This document shows positions 34,331-44,090 of a DNA stretch of 53,196 nt, one piece after another. The notes below the pieces were generated by a model. The model saw only the letters and a program-made list of their open reading frames with translations. It was not told where the DNA came from and searched no databases. Both the position numbers and the translations under genes were made by a program. Source of the stretch: Patescibacteria group bacterium (lineage in GTDB: Bacteria > Patescibacteriota > Microgenomatia > Levybacterales > UBA12049); contig DASVYQ010000070.1 in NCBI GenBank assembly GCA_036392095.1, positions 1-53,196 on the forward strand, written 5' to 3'. Each line of letters starts with the position of its first letter. Within the stretch, counting starts at the first letter, position 1.

Positions 34331-35779
34331 TTAGCTATGAGATACTATCATATCTCCTATAGTAATGTCAAGTGAAGGTGAAATTATAAGGCCGCATTCT
34401 TGACCCTTTTCGACCTTAGAGACAACATTTTTCCCCTGGCGAAGCGAAGTTACCATACTTTCACCAATAATTTGCTCGTCTCGCAAAATTCTAACCTTGT
34501 CTCCACGAGCCATTCGACCATCCAAAACTTTAACCCCTAGTACTATACTTTTCTCATACGGAAATGTTGCCTGAAGCTGTGCAACACCATAAATTTGCTC
34601 CATCATGGCAAGCTGTTTACCTTCAATAACTTGCCCAATTTCATCTAACATTTCATAAATAATGGTGTAATTCTTTAGAAGTACCTTTTCAAGCTGTGCA
34701 AACTTTAAAATATCTCCCTTTATCTTTATATTAAAGGTTAAAATAATAGCTCCCGTTGATTTTGCCATTAAGACATCTGCTTCAGAAACTTCTCCTGTTT
34801 TGGCATTTAAAAGCTTTACTTCTTTTGGCAAAGAATGCAAAATAGCCTCTAAAGAGCCTTGCGTATCTGCCACTAACAATAGGGTAATTGCCTTTTCTTC
34901 TTCTTCTTGCGGGAAGCCTTGTCTTGCAGCTATTTGCGCTTGTGCTTTCTTTTCTGGAGCATGATTTTTGCTATATACAATACTTCCAACTGCTGGAACC
35001 TTTTCAAAGCCTAAAACCTCAACAGCCTCACCAACGCCTACTTTTTGTATAAATGCTCCGGTATCTGTAATAAGAGATCTTACCTTACCTACTGTTTCTC
35101 CCGTACTAATTTCATCTTTTATTGCCAAACTTCCTTTTTTAACAACAACTGTTGCACGAGGACCTGATTTTGGATCAAGCTTAGATTCAATAACAATTGC
35201 CTCTAGCGGCTTTGTTGTAGCCTCAACTGCAGGAGTTGTTTGTTGCTGCATTTCCCAGACTAAAAGAATTAAATCTAAAAGCTCCTTCACATTGGTTCCG
35301 TTTCTGGCTGATACTTCAATAGCAGGAACTTCTCCACCATAGTTTTCAAGCAAAATATTTTCTCGTAATAATTGCTGTTTTACTTTTTCAGGATTTTTTT
35401 CTGGAGAATCTGATTTTGTTAATACAACAATAAATGGCACATTTGTAGCCTTTAAAAGGCCAATAGACTCTTTTGTCTGAGGCATAACCCCATCTACACT
35501 TGAAACGATAAGCAAGGCTATATCTGCAGCCTGCGCTCCTCGACCTCGCATTTTTGCAAATGCTTCATGACCTGGGGTGTCAATAAAAGTAATTTGGCGC
35601 TTTTTACCATCATGCATAACTTCAACGGAAGATGCACCAATTTTTTGGGTAATTCCACCATGTTCTCGTGATGCAATATTTGACTTTCTAATTGCGTCTA
35701 AAAGAGTTGTTTTTCCGTGATCTACATGGCCTAAAACTGAAACAACTGGAGGAATAAATTGTGTATTTGGATTATCCAT
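34331..35779 (-). CDS. infB: Translation initiation factor IF-2 (short form starting at the G domain)
   Basis: 482 aa. VVSVLGHVDHGKTTLLD occurs within the first 30 residues. DTPGH and TKSD motifs are present. Confidence 0.9.
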   Translation of the reverse strand: MDNPNTQFIPPVVSVLGHVDHGKTTLLDAIRKSNIASREHGGITQKIGASSVEVMHDGKKRQITFIDTPGHEAFAKMRGRGAQAADIALLIVSSVDGVMPQTKESIGLLKATNVPFIVVLTKSDSPEKNPEKVKQQLLRENILLENYGGEVPAIEVSARNGTNVKELLDLILLVWEMQQQTTPAVEATTKPLEAIVIESKLDPKSGPRATVVVKKGSLAIKDEISTGETVGKVRSLITDTGAFIQKVGVGEAVEVLGFEKVPAVGSIVYSKNHAPEKKAQAQIAARQGFPQEEEEKAITLLLVADTQGSLEAILHSLPKEVKLLNAKTGEVSEADVLMAKSTGAIILTFNIKIKGDILKFAQLEKVLLKNYTIIYEMLDEIGQVIEGKQLAMMEQIYGVAQLQATFPYEKSIVLGVKVLDGRMARGDKVRILRDEQIIGESMVTSLRQGKNVVSKVEKGQECGLIISPSLDITIGDMIVSHS

Positions 35780-35852
35780 ACTGTATGTTCGATTGTATCA
35801 CGCATGAGGCTATCTTGTCATGTCCAAGTTTGGAAAAAAACTAAAAAGACAA

Positions 35853-36857
35853 TTATGCAGCTTGTTCTTCTGTTTTTGCAGGTTCTTCTGTAGTTTCTGT
35901 CACAGGTTGTCCTTCTGCTTCTACAATGTTAATTTTGTAACCAGTTAATTCGCCAGCAAGCCGTACGTTTTGACCGTCTTTTCCAATTGCAGATGAGAGC
36001 TCATCTTTTGCAACTGCAACTGTTGCTTCTTTTGTTGTTTCATTAAGAGTTACTTTTACATTTTTGGCTGGAGCCAAAGCTAATGCAATAAAGGTAACTG
36101 CATCTTCTTGATAAGGGATTACATCAATTTTTTCTCCATTTACTTCTTGAATTACAGCTTGCACTCTGACACCTTTTTGTCCGACACAGCTTCCGACAGG
36201 ATCAATTCCAGACTGTGTTGCTGCAACTGCAATTTTACTTCGAATACCTGGCTCTCGTGCTATTCCTTTAAAGATAACACTTCCTTGTGCAATTTCTGGA
36301 ACCTCTCGTCTGAATAATCCTTCTAAAAGACCTTTGTGTGCTCGTGAAACTACTAATTCTTGTCCTCGTGTTCCTTCTCGAATTTCAACCAAATAAACAG
36401 AAAGTCTTTGGTTTACATGATATTTTTCATGGGGAATTTGTTCTGAAACAGGCATAATAGCCTCTGTTTTACCAATGTCTACGATAACATTTGGTCCTGC
36501 AAATCGTAAAACCATACCATTCATAATGGTTCCAATTCGGAGCTTGTAATCACTAAGAATTGCTTGTTTTTCTTCTTCTCTTACTTTTTGCAAAATAACT
36601 TGCTTTGCGGTTTGAGCTGCAATTCTTCCAAATCCTGGAGGAGTTACATCTTCTTCGCCTTTCATAATTCTTGCTTCTCCACTGTTTGGATTAAGACTTA
36701 CTGAATATTCTTCTACAACAATTTCTGGGTGATCTTTGCGGTATGCTGCCAAAATTGCGTTTTTAACAGCGTCAATTATAACAGTAACATCAACTCCACG
36801 TTCTGTGGCCACTTGGTTAAGTGCTAAAAAGAACTCACTTCTCTGTACTGCTGGCAT
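35853..36857 (-). CDS. nusA: Transcription termination/antitermination factor NusA
   Basis: 334 aa. N-terminal domain, then S1 and two KH domains (GPNVIVDIG.., GSCVGQKGVRVQ, AIGKDGQNVRLA), and a short acidic tail. Confidence 0.9.
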   Translation of the reverse strand: MPAVQRSEFFLALNQVATERGVDVTVIIDAVKNAILAAYRKDHPEIVVEEYSVSLNPNSGEARIMKGEEDVTPPGFGRIAAQTAKQVILQKVREEEKQAILSDYKLRIGTIMNGMVLRFAGPNVIVDIGKTEAIMPVSEQIPHEKYHVNQRLSVYLVEIREGTRGQELVVSRAHKGLLEGLFRREVPEIAQGSVIFKGIAREPGIRSKIAVAATQSGIDPVGSCVGQKGVRVQAVIQEVNGEKIDVIPYQEDAVTFIALALAPAKNVKVTLNETTKEATVAVAKDELSSAIGKDGQNVRLAGELTGYKINIVEAEGQPVTETTEEPAKTEEQAA

Positions 36858-36917
36858 AGTGAAAACAAGTATACCAAATTAGGATTGAGGTAGCAACCCT
36901 TCTTTCATAAAATGAGG

Positions 36918-39305
36918 CTAAGAAGCAATTGCGATATTTCCTGACCCATCTACAACCAACCGAATACTTGAACCTCTTTCTACATTTCCTCGCAGCATTC
37001 CTTGAGATAAAAGGTCCTCTATTTTATCTTGAATAAATCGTCTTAATGGTCTTGCACCAAATTGCTGATCAAATCCTGCTGAGGCTGCAGCTTTAATGAC
37101 ATCATCCCCAAAACTTACAGTAACATCTTGTGCTTGCAGTTTTTTCTGCATTTCGGTTAAGAATAATTTTGCAATTTGCTCAACATTTGCGGCAGTTAAA
37201 GGCTTAAACACAATAATTCCGTCGAATCTGTTAATAAGTTCTGGCTTAAAAATATGTTCTTGTTCTAATTCCATTAACAAACCCTGTTGGAATACAGCGC
37301 TAATTTGTTTTCCTGCAAGTAATTCATTTTGAATATATAATGCGCCTGCATTTGAAGTTGCAATAATAATGGTATTTGCAAAACTAACCCGCTTTCCATG
37401 ATTATCCGTAAGACGACCATCTTCTAAGATTTGTAAAAATAAGTCTAAAACTTCTGTACTTGCCTTTTCAAATTCATCTAAAAGAATAAGTGAGAATGGA
37501 TTTTCGTATACTTTTTCTGTTAACTCTCCTTTTTCATCTCCCAAGCCAGGAGGGGACCCAAGTAAGCGATCCACAGCGCCAGGTCCGTTATATTCACTCA
37601 TATCAAGTCTAATTGTTTTATCTTCCCCGCCAAAATATACAGTCGCCAATGCTTTTGCAGTTTCTGTTTTTCCTACTCCAGTTGGACCTAAAAATAAAAA
37701 TGAAATGGGTCTTGTTTGGCTTGTTAAGCCACTTCTTAATCTTCTAATTGCTTGAGCAATTGCATTAACAGCTTCTTCTTGTCCAATAATCCTTTCATGA
37801 AGTTTATCTTCTAAGTGTAATAATAATTCCTTTTCTTCTTGTCCTGGCTTACTTATGGCAACACGCGTTTGTTGTTCTACTTTTGCAATTACATCGTCTT
37901 CATCAACAACTGATTTATGCGCAAGTGAAATATTATTTGCAACTGATGTTAAAAGAGAAACAGCACTTCCAGGAAGAGATCTGTCTTGCAAATATCGTTT
38001 TGCCATTTGTACGACTGCGACAACAGCTTTAAATGTAATAGTCACATGATTTTTTTCTCCAATTTCATTTGCCTTCTCCAAAAGCATTTGAATTGCTTCT
38101 TCTTCCGTGGGTTCATCTATTCTAATTTCTTCAAAAAATTCCCTAAAACCAGATCGTGACTCAACAAATTTTCTAAATGCACCAGGAGAAACTGTTGCAA
38201 TAATCGGTAAATGAGAATCTTTTAAAAAGTTGGACAAAACGCCTGATAAATCTAAATTAAATGTTGTTGATCCTAAAATATGTTCTACATCTGGAATGTA
38301 TAAAATAATATTGCCTGCATGTTCTAATTCTCCTAAAATAGCCTCAATTCTTGCTTCTAATTCTCCAACATCTTTCACTCCTGCAACAAGTAAACCAATC
38401 ATAAGTTGATATACATGTTTGTGGTATAACTTTCCTGGAATTAATCCTAAGTAACTGTTTAATGCAACGGCATCTACCAGAGATGTCTTTCCGCTTCCTG
38501 TTTCTCCAATTAAAAGGGCATTATTGTGTGTTGGCTTTGATAAAGTGGCAACTAATTGCTCATATTCTTTTCTTCTTCCAACCAAAGCAGGTTTTTCATC
38601 AAGAACTTTGTATGTTAAATCGGTAATATATTTTTTTGTTTCTAATGTCCATCCTGTGGTCCAATCTTCTCCAATTCCTGTTCCCCAAAAAACAACCTGC
38701 ATTTTTTGCGGATGCTCTTCAAATGGATATTCATATCTTGCCCAATACAATATGTATAACAAATCATTAGGTTTTAAATGTTTGTTAAATAAATATTTTG
38801 TTTCTGGTTCTATAAGAAGTAAATATGCAACAAATAAATCCATTCTTGTAATAAAACTTCCGTTTAAATCTTTAACCAATTCAAATGCTTTTTTTGCAAT
38901 TTCTTCTTTATTAACCACAACTTTTGGCAAATCTTCTTTACCAATATTTGCTTTTTGCATAATAAACCTAACGTGAGCTTTTTTGATTAATTCATTCATC
39001 ATACTTACACTGTCATGGGAGAACATAAAAATATCTAATGCCTGGAATGTGAATGATTCATCTATATCTTTACCATTATTTTGAGCAACGGTGATTTTTG
39101 GGGTTGTTCGCATAACTTTATATCTAAACAATACTTCAGAGATAACAAAAAAAGAAAAGAAAAATAAAGGACCCTTTGGCAAAATACCTTGATAAAATCC
39201 ACTTACTATAAGAAACAGAATAAAGAGAACAAAAATAATTCTTAGTATTCCTGTTATCGGATGCTTATATGTGTGATAAATAATTGCGTAACTTAGTAAT
39301 GACAT
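36918..39305 (-). CDS. Membrane-anchored double-AAA+ Clp/Hsp100-like ATPase (no M domain, degenerate NBD1 Walker B)
   Basis: I placed the start at ATG 39305 (MSLLSY...), 1 nt after the upstream stop (TAAtATG). Two N-terminal hydrophobic helices, then a Clp_N-like repeat. NBD1 has GETGSGKTS but ILYIPDVEH where ILFIDELH is expected. NBD2 has GPTGVGKTE, LILLDEFEKA, ATSNAG and GARPLRR. The two Walker A motifs are about 273 aa apart. Confidence 0.75.
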   Translation of the reverse strand: MSLLSYAIIYHTYKHPITGILRIIFVLFILFLIVSGFYQGILPKGPLFFFSFFVISEVLFRYKVMRTTPKITVAQNNGKDIDESFTFQALDIFMFSHDSVSMMNELIKKAHVRFIMQKANIGKEDLPKVVVNKEEIAKKAFELVKDLNGSFITRMDLFVAYLLLIEPETKYLFNKHLKPNDLLYILYWARYEYPFEEHPQKMQVVFWGTGIGEDWTTGWTLETKKYITDLTYKVLDEKPALVGRRKEYEQLVATLSKPTHNNALLIGETGSGKTSLVDAVALNSYLGLIPGKLYHKHVYQLMIGLLVAGVKDVGELEARIEAILGELEHAGNIILYIPDVEHILGSTTFNLDLSGVLSNFLKDSHLPIIATVSPGAFRKFVESRSGFREFFEEIRIDEPTEEEAIQMLLEKANEIGEKNHVTITFKAVVAVVQMAKRYLQDRSLPGSAVSLLTSVANNISLAHKSVVDEDDVIAKVEQQTRVAISKPGQEEKELLLHLEDKLHERIIGQEEAVNAIAQAIRRLRSGLTSQTRPISFLFLGPTGVGKTETAKALATVYFGGEDKTIRLDMSEYNGPGAVDRLLGSPPGLGDEKGELTEKVYENPFSLILLDEFEKASTEVLDLFLQILEDGRLTDNHGKRVSFANTIIIATSNAGALYIQNELLAGKQISAVFQQGLLMELEQEHIFKPELINRFDGIIVFKPLTAANVEQIAKLFLTEMQKKLQAQDVTVSFGDDVIKAAASAGFDQQFGARPLRRFIQDKIEDLLSQGMLRGNVERGSSIRLVVDGSGNIAIAS

Positions 39306-39306
39306 A

Positions 39307-39636
39307 TTACATAAATAATAACCAAATTGTTGCAAACGGCCATGCAATAAATGCAAGAATAAGAATGATTTCAACGGTTATAAATACAAAAAGTAATGAT
39401 AAATCAAACAAAATCATAAAAGATTTAATAATTATTCCCATTGTGATTGAGAATCCGACTAAACCTTGTCTGTATTCATTTTTCCAAGGTTTAAAAAATG
39501 TGGTGGCAAATTGTCTAAAAGAAAATAATTTTAAGAATGCGTTATTAAATGAAGCAAAGTAATTAACAAGTCCCTTGGGAGCTTGAATAAACCAAAAAAA
39601 TACAAAATCAAAACCAAGAGTTACTACACTTTGCAT
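39307..39636 (-). CDS. Small polytopic membrane protein (109 aa), unknown family
   Basis: Hydrophobic segments VVTLGFDFVFFWFI and IIIKSFMILFDLSLLFVFITVEIILILAFIAWPFATIWLLF. A TATACT box lies 10 nt upstream of the ATG. Confidence 0.5.
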   Translation of the reverse strand: MQSVVTLGFDFVFFWFIQAPKGLVNYFASFNNAFLKLFSFRQFATTFFKPWKNEYRQGLVGFSITMGIIIKSFMILFDLSLLFVFITVEIILILAFIAWPFATIWLLFM

Positions 39637-39682
39637 ATCTCATTTTAGTATAAGGACAATATAAGCAAAATACAAACAATGA

Positions 39683-39865
39683 TTAGTGAGATCGTATAGG
39701 AGCGAGCAAGGATCGAATATCAACATTTGGGAAATATTGGTTATATAAAGTACACATTGCATTTTTTTGCATGCGACATGGGGTTAATGGAACAAAATAT
39801 GCGATACATCCCCCTAAAATAATTGCTACAACAAATAACAGAACAAGAATTTGTTTTGTTTTCAT
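39683..39865 (-). CDS. Small (60 aa) membrane or lipoprotein-like peptide
   Basis: I placed the start at ATG 39865, 1 nt after the dnaJ stop (TAAtATG). MKTKQILVLLFVVAIILGGC has a lipobox-like LGGC. Contains three Cys. Confidence 0.35.
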   Translation of the reverse strand: MKTKQILVLLFVVAIILGGCIAYFVPLTPCRMQKNAMCTLYNQYFPNVDIRSLLAPIRSH

Positions 39866-39866
39866 A

Positions 39867-40748
39867 TTAAAACCACCCTTTTTTATTTTGCGCTTCTTCA
39901 AATTCTTTTAACAATTCTTTTTGTTTTCCAGAAACATTCTTTGGCAAAACAACTTTAACTTTTAAGTAGTGATCTCCTCTGCCGCTTCCGCGCACATGAG
40001 GTACACCTTTACCTCGCAATCTCATAACAATTCCTGGTTGTGTTCCAGCCGGAATTCTTACGGTTAACGGCCCATCAACTGTTTCAACAGTTAATTCTGT
40101 TCCTAAAATTGCCTTTACAAAAGAAATTTCTTCTTCTGTCACAATGTCATATCCTTCTCTTTGGAATTTTTTATCAGGTGATACCTCTACTAATACATCA
40201 TAATTTTCAAATCGAATTCTAGATCCATTATCAACGCCTGCTGGAATTTTTATTGTTTGTTGTTTACCTTCTATGGATACCTGTTTTTGAACGCCTTTTA
40301 TTGCTTCCATAAAATCTATATTTATTGAATAAACGGGTCTTCTTTGTCGGTTACCAAAAGGGGAGGCACCTCCAAAAAATTGTTCAAAGATTTCAAACGG
40401 ATCTGCAAAGCCTCCAGAGTCACCACTATTTCCAGTTGAATAATAGGTAAATGGACCATATTGACCACCCTGCCCACCAAAACCACCAAATCCTCCAAAA
40501 GGTCCTTGCCCTGCACCAGCATTTGCACCTTCAAATGCAGCGCTACCGAATTGATCATAGGTTTGACGCTTTTGTGCATCTGACAATACTTCGTATGCCT
40601 TGGTTACTTCTTTAAATTTTGCTTCTGCTTCTTTTGTTTTATTGCGGTCGGGATGATACTGCAAAGCTAACTTTCGATAAGCTTTTTTAATCTCATCTGC
40701 TGAAGCTGTTTTTGAAACTCCTAATATTTGATAATAATCCTCTGCCAT
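39867..40748 (-). CDS. dnaJ: DnaJ-class co-chaperone without zinc-finger domain (type II/CbpA-like)
   Basis: 293 aa. J domain [22 protein letters not shown], a G/F-rich region, and C-terminal substrate-binding domains. No CxxCxGxG repeats. Confidence 0.85.
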   Translation of the reverse strand: MAEDYYQILGVSKTASADEIKKAYRKLALQYHPDRNKTKEAEAKFKEVTKAYEVLSDAQKRQTYDQFGSAAFEGANAGAGQGPFGGFGGFGGQGGQYGPFTYYSTGNSGDSGGFADPFEIFEQFFGGASPFGNRQRRPVYSINIDFMEAIKGVQKQVSIEGKQQTIKIPAGVDNGSRIRFENYDVLVEVSPDKKFQREGYDIVTEEEISFVKAILGTELTVETVDGPLTVRIPAGTQPGIVMRLRGKGVPHVRGSGRGDHYLKVKVVLPKNVSGKQKELLKEFEEAQNKKGWF

Positions 40749-40765
40749 ATACTTTCTATTGTACT

Positions 40766-40788
40766 AAAAAAGCGCTCATAAGCGCTTT
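40766..40788 (-). terminator. Intrinsic terminator/attenuator between dnaK and dnaJ
   Basis: Minus strand: AAAGCGCT-TATG-AGCGCTTT followed by additional T residues. Confidence 0.6.
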
Positions 40789-40827
40789 GCTACTGTTTTC
40801 TTATTAACGAAGAACAACCAGTAAGAC

Positions 40828-42744
40828 TTAGCTTACTACTTCTCCTTCTTGGACATCACCTTTATCGCCTTTTTTGCCATCTTCTTCTTTTGCACCTACT
40901 TCTTGTGAAGCATCTGGTGTTGCACCTGTTGGTTGGTCTCCTGCTGCTTTATATAATGCCTCACCAACTTTTTGCAATGTTTCTGAAAGATCTTTTGTTT
41001 TTGCTTCTAATTCTTCTTTGCTTCCTGTGTCTAAAATATCTTTCAGTGCTTTTACTTTTTCTTCTACTTGAGATTTTATATCTGCTGGAGCTTTATCTCC
41101 TGCATCTTTCAAAGATTTTTCAGCAGTGAAAATAAGTGAGTCTGCTTGATTTCTTGCTTCAATTTTTGCTTTTTTCTCTTCATCTTCTTTTGCATGCATT
41201 TCTGCTTCTTTTGTCATTTTTTCTACTTCTTCTTTTGATAATCCAGTGCTACCTGTAATTCTGATTGATTGTTCCTTGCCGGTAGCTTTATCTTTGGCTT
41301 TTACAGACAAAATTCCCGATGCATCAATATCAAAAGTAACTTCTACTTGTGGTACTCCCCTTGGCGCAGGTGGAATTCCAGAAAGTATGAATCTGCCTAA
41401 AGATTTATTATCTGCAGCCATTGGACGTTCTCCTTGCAAAACATTAATTTCGACCTGAGTTTGGTTATCTGCTGCGGTTGAAAAAACTTGAGATTTACTT
41501 GTTGGAATAGTTGTATTTCTTGGAATAAGTGGAGTAGACACACTACCTAATGTTTCGAGTCCTAATGTTAATGGGGTTACATCCAAGAGCAACACGTCTG
41601 AAACTTCTCCGCCCAAAACTCCGCCTTGGACTGCTGCACCAACTGCAACCACTTCGTCTGGATTAACTCCTCTGTTTGGTTCTTTGCCAAAGAATTTGGT
41701 AACTGTTTCCACAACTTTTGGCATTCTGGTCATTCCTCCAACCATAACAACTTCATCAATCTCTTTTACAGAAATTCCTGCATCTTTAATTGCTTGCTCA
41801 ACAGGTTTTATTGTTTTTTGAATTAATGAATCAACAATTAATTCAAGCTTTGCTCTTGTTAATGTCATGGTCAAATGAAGTGGACCACTTGGACCCTGAG
41901 TAATAAATGGCTGATTAATTTGTGCTTCTTGAGAACTAGATAATTCAATTTTTGCTTTTTCTGCAGATTCTTTAAGTCTTTGCAATGCTTGAGGATCTTT
42001 TCTAAGGTCAATATTATTTTCTTTTTTAAATTCATCTGCTATGTAATCAATAATAGCCTGATCAAAATCATCTCCACCCAAGTGTGTATCTCCATTGGTT
42101 GATTTAACTTCATAAACTCCTTCTCCTAATTCCAAAACAGAAATATCAAACGTTCCTCCACCCAAATCATAAACTGCAATGGTATGTGCATTTTTCTTGT
42201 CTAATCCATAAGCCAAAGCTGCTGCGGTTGGCTCATTAATAATTCTCATTACTTCAAGACCAGCAATTTCTCCTGCTTGTTTGGTTGCTTGTCTTTGAGA
42301 ATCATCAAAATATGCAGGAACAGTAATAACAGCTTTTGTCACTTTACCGCCCAAATAACTTTCTGCATCTGCTTTAATTTTTTGCAAAATCATTGCACTA
42401 ACTTCTTGTGGGGTATAGGTTTTACCATCTACTTCTACAACTGCCATGTCATCTCGGCCTGCCTTAACTTTGTATGGCAATAACTTCATGTCACGCTGAA
42501 CTGAGGGATCACTAAATTTTCGACCCATTAAGCGCTTTACAGAATAAATTGTTTCAAATGGCTTTAATACCATTTGTCGCTTTGCAACATCCCCAACAAC
42601 GTGTGTTTTTGGATCAACAACGGATGGAATAACATTGCGTCCTTCTGCTGAGTGGATAACTTTTGGTTGTCCACCTTCCATAACAGCCACGCATGAGTTG
42701 GTTGTTCCTAAATCAATACCGATAATTTTATTTGAATCTGCCAT
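40828..42744 (-). CDS. dnaK: Molecular chaperone DnaK (Hsp70)
   Basis: 638 aa. [18 protein letters not shown], and canonical Hsp70 throughout. Confidence 0.98.
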   Translation of the reverse strand: MADSNKIIGIDLGTTNSCVAVMEGGQPKVIHSAEGRNVIPSVVDPKTHVVGDVAKRQMVLKPFETIYSVKRLMGRKFSDPSVQRDMKLLPYKVKAGRDDMAVVEVDGKTYTPQEVSAMILQKIKADAESYLGGKVTKAVITVPAYFDDSQRQATKQAGEIAGLEVMRIINEPTAAALAYGLDKKNAHTIAVYDLGGGTFDISVLELGEGVYEVKSTNGDTHLGGDDFDQAIIDYIADEFKKENNIDLRKDPQALQRLKESAEKAKIELSSSQEAQINQPFITQGPSGPLHLTMTLTRAKLELIVDSLIQKTIKPVEQAIKDAGISVKEIDEVVMVGGMTRMPKVVETVTKFFGKEPNRGVNPDEVVAVGAAVQGGVLGGEVSDVLLLDVTPLTLGLETLGSVSTPLIPRNTTIPTSKSQVFSTAADNQTQVEINVLQGERPMAADNKSLGRFILSGIPPAPRGVPQVEVTFDIDASGILSVKAKDKATGKEQSIRITGSTGLSKEEVEKMTKEAEMHAKEDEEKKAKIEARNQADSLIFTAEKSLKDAGDKAPADIKSQVEEKVKALKDILDTGSKEELEAKTKDLSETLQKVGEALYKAAGDQPTGATPDASQEVGAKEEDGKKGDKGDVQEGEVVS

Positions 42745-42745
42745 A

Positions 42746-43228
42746 TTATTCTTCTTTTCCTACAATTACTTGTGCACTTCTTAAAACTGAATCATGTATC
42801 ATAAATCCTGCTCGTGCTTCGTCAATAACTTTATTGTTTTCTCCTTTTGTTGTTCCGACTGCCTCCATTATGTGCGGAGTATATTCTTCTCCGATTGTTT
42901 TTATTTTTGTTACTCCCTCATCCTCAAGAAGCCTTAAGAATTGATTTATGCTAATTTCCAATCCTTTATCCTGAATGTGCTTTTGTGCCAACATGAGTGT
43001 ATCTAAAACCGGCAAAAGTTTCAAGAGTAACTCTTTGTTGCTTGATCTTGCCCATTCAAGCTTTTGCTCCTGAGTTCGTCTAACTAAATTCTGATAATCC
43101 GCCAATGCTCTTTTATATTTATCTTCTGCAATTGTTAATTTTTGTTCACAATCTGCATGAATATTTTCTTGCTCTTCTGCAATTTCTTCTTGAATTTCTT
43201 CATTTTTTTCTTCTTGTTTTTTATCCAT
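42746..43228 (-). CDS. grpE: Nucleotide exchange factor GrpE
   Basis: 160 aa. [12 protein letters not shown] and the C-terminal beta domain. Sits between hrcA and dnaK. Confidence 0.9.
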   Translation of the reverse strand: MDKKQEEKNEEIQEEIAEEQENIHADCEQKLTIAEDKYKRALADYQNLVRRTQEQKLEWARSSNKELLLKLLPVLDTLMLAQKHIQDKGLEISINQFLRLLEDEGVTKIKTIGEEYTPHIMEAVGTTKGENNKVIDEARAGFMIHDSVLRSAQVIVGKEE

Positions 43229-43230
43229 AT

Positions 43231-43962
43231 TTACCAGCCTTTTGCTATTTCCTCAATTAAATCACCAAAGTATCTCACAGTTGGAATTACCTGAGTGTAA
43301 TTAAGTCTAGTTGGACCAAGTACTCCAATTTCTCCTTTTAATTCCAATGGAGTTTTGTATCTGGTGAATACAAATCCGTATGGACCTTTTAATTTTGGCC
43401 CTAATTCATCTCCAAGAAGAATATGAATCTCATCATCTTCTTCTTGAACTCCAAATACACTTTCAAAAGTTTCAAATTCATCTATCGCAGACAATAAACC
43501 TCGAGTTATATCTATATCGTAAAATTCTGGCATGTCTAAGATATTTGCATACCCTGCTGCAAAAATATCTCCTTCATCTGTTGTTGCAATAGCCAATGTT
43601 TTTGTTTTTTCAGCTAAAGATTTAACTATCATTCGTAGACACTGTTGTTCTTTTTCCCTAAAATCCCATACTCCTTCTTTAAGAGCTACTTCTTCTGCAA
43701 CAGAAAGTTCTTTTTCTTTCATGAGCTGTTTTACATAAAACTTCATCGCAATTGGGGTTGGGACGCGACCTGCTGACGTATGAGGTTTTTTAAGATATCC
43801 TAGTCTTTCCAATGCAACCATTTCATTTCTGATAGTTGCAGGGGAAGCAGCTAAATTATGTTTTTTTTCCAAAGTTTCAGAACCAACTGCTTCGGCTGTT
43901 TCAATATATTCTTCGATTAAACTTTTAAGAATTTGAATTTGTCTTTGAGTTAAATCATGCAT
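43231..43962 (-). CDS. hrcA: Heat-inducible transcription repressor HrcA (short form)
   Basis: 243 aa. N-terminal wHTH LTQRQIQILKSLIEEY..VGSETL...ASPATIRNEMVALERLGYLKKPHTSAGRVPT. A CIRCE-like element lies upstream. Confidence 0.8.
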   Translation of the reverse strand: MHDLTQRQIQILKSLIEEYIETAEAVGSETLEKKHNLAASPATIRNEMVALERLGYLKKPHTSAGRVPTPIAMKFYVKQLMKEKELSVAEEVALKEGVWDFREKEQQCLRMIVKSLAEKTKTLAIATTDEGDIFAAGYANILDMPEFYDIDITRGLLSAIDEFETFESVFGVQEEDDEIHILLGDELGPKLKGPYGFVFTRYKTPLELKGEIGVLGPTRLNYTQVIPTVRYFGDLIEEIAKGW

Positions 43963-43994
43963 ATATTTTACTTTTTCTCATAAAACTTTTCCTA

Positions 43995-44021
43995 TTAGCA
44001 CTAATTTATCATGACTGCTAG
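43995..44021. promoter_or_regulatory. CIRCE-like inverted repeat (HrcA operator)
   Basis: TTAGCACTA-N9-GACTGCTAG compared with the consensus TTAGCACTC-N9-GAGTGCTAA (8/9 and 7/9 matches). It overlaps the predicted hrcA promoter. Confidence 0.7.
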
Positions 44022-44031
44022 ATTGTGTCAA
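44003..44031 (-). promoter_or_regulatory. Putative hrcA operon promoter (TTGACA-N17-TAAATT)
   Basis: Minus strand: TTGACA (44031..44026) and TAAATT (44008..44003). The spacer and -10 lie inside the CIRCE element. Confidence 0.45.
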
Positions 44032-44055
44032 TATCCTATAAGTACATTCCTTTGC

Positions 44056-44084
44056 TTGACAAGTTATTAAAAGAAGTTTATGAT
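44056..44084 (+). promoter_or_regulatory. Promoter of the riboswitch/ECF operon (TTGACA-N17-TATGAT)
   Basis: TTGACA at 44056-44061, a 17-nt spacer, TATGAT at 44079-44084. The predicted TSS coincides with the start of the riboswitch P1 helix. Confidence 0.55.
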
Positions 44085-44090
44085 AAAAAC

